The position numbers and the translations under genes were made by a program. The notes under the pieces are model-generated. The model saw nothing but the letters and a program-made list of their open reading frames with translations. It did no database searches and had not been told where the DNA came from. Positions 18,405 through 18,804 of a stretch of 18,804 nucleotides of DNA are shown here, in pieces. This DNA comes from Candidatus Krumholzibacteriia bacterium (lineage in GTDB: Bacteria; Krumholzibacteriota; Krumholzibacteriia; LZORAL124-64-63). The DNA lies in the NCBI GenBank assembly GCA_036351155.1, contig JAZBOO010000171.1, positions 1-18,804 on the forward strand, read 5' to 3'. How positions within the stretch are numbered: the first letter of the stretch is position 1; every line of letters begins with the position of its first letter.

Positions 18405-18803
18405 TCAATCCTCGATCAGGAAGAAGTCCAGAATCCTGCCCTCGGCATCCCGGACGGCCACACTGATGCAGTCGGTCGCGCTGATGGCAGCATAAACGTA
18501 GTTGTGGGTGTAGATCGACTTGATGCAGAAGCTGTCCGCGAAGCAATCGAAATCCTCGTCGGGCTGATGTTCATAACCGCCCGACCTCCCCGTCACCACG
18601 AAATGCATCCCGCCCGGCGAAGGCCAGGTGTGACCCGGCCCTCCGGCTCCATATCGGTAATGCTCGTAGGCGTGGGAATGCCCAGAGAACACCACATCCA
18701 CCCCCAGCTCTTCCATCATGGGGCCCCAGGCGCGGACTGATTCGCAGGCCCCGACCTTGCTGTTGTGCGAGAACGGCGCCACATGGAAAAACACAAAGCG
18801 ATG
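18405..18803 (-). CDS. Metallophosphoesterase (purple acid phosphatase-like), C-terminal part; 5' end outside the window
   Basis: FFH.APFS, VDVVFSGHSHAYE (GHxH motif) and FVVTG.SGG. The frame is open to the window edge. Confidence 0.8.
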   Translation of the reverse strand, partial: HRFVFFHVAPFSHNSKVGACESVRAWGPMMEELGVDVVFSGHSHAYEHYRYGAGGPGHTWPSPGGMHFVVTGRSGGYEHQPDEDFDCFADSFCIKSIYTHNYVYAAISATDCISVAVRDAEGRILDFFLIED

Positions 18804-18804
18804 C

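Overview
GC-rich bacterial chromosomal window, mostly housekeeping/metabolic. The C-terminal 'SWSAVKALY' motif of the first gene hints at a Krumholzibacteriota/Latescibacterota/Eisenbacteria-like FCB-group organism (inference). Gene order: secreted protein (+); GNAT and asnS (-); double-GT2/TPR glycosyltransferase (-); a + strand operon of an AsnRS-like protein, carA and carB; three small genes (ABM-like, VF530/DUF2132-DUF2200 fusion, membrane protein); SMUG1-type uracil glycosylase and DUF808 (-); a Dcu C4-dicarboxylate transporter (+) converging on a tartrate/D-malate dehydrogenase + CitA/DcuS kinase + CitB/DcuR regulator operon (-); and a partial metallophosphoesterase. The standout is the carAB operon. 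A near-consensus sigma70 promoter drives a ~190-nt leader with two PyrR-type RNA hairpins around an intrinsic terminator, and the second hairpin sequesters the ribosome-binding site. The first gene is an intact asparaginyl-tRNA-synthetase paralog that lacks the anticodon domain and both ATP-binding arginines, and it is translationally coupled to carA. This is a candidate HisZ-like pseudo-synthetase partner of carbamoyl-phosphate synthetase. No rRNA, tRNA, CRISPR or transposase was seen. All family calls are from motif recognition by eye, not database searches.
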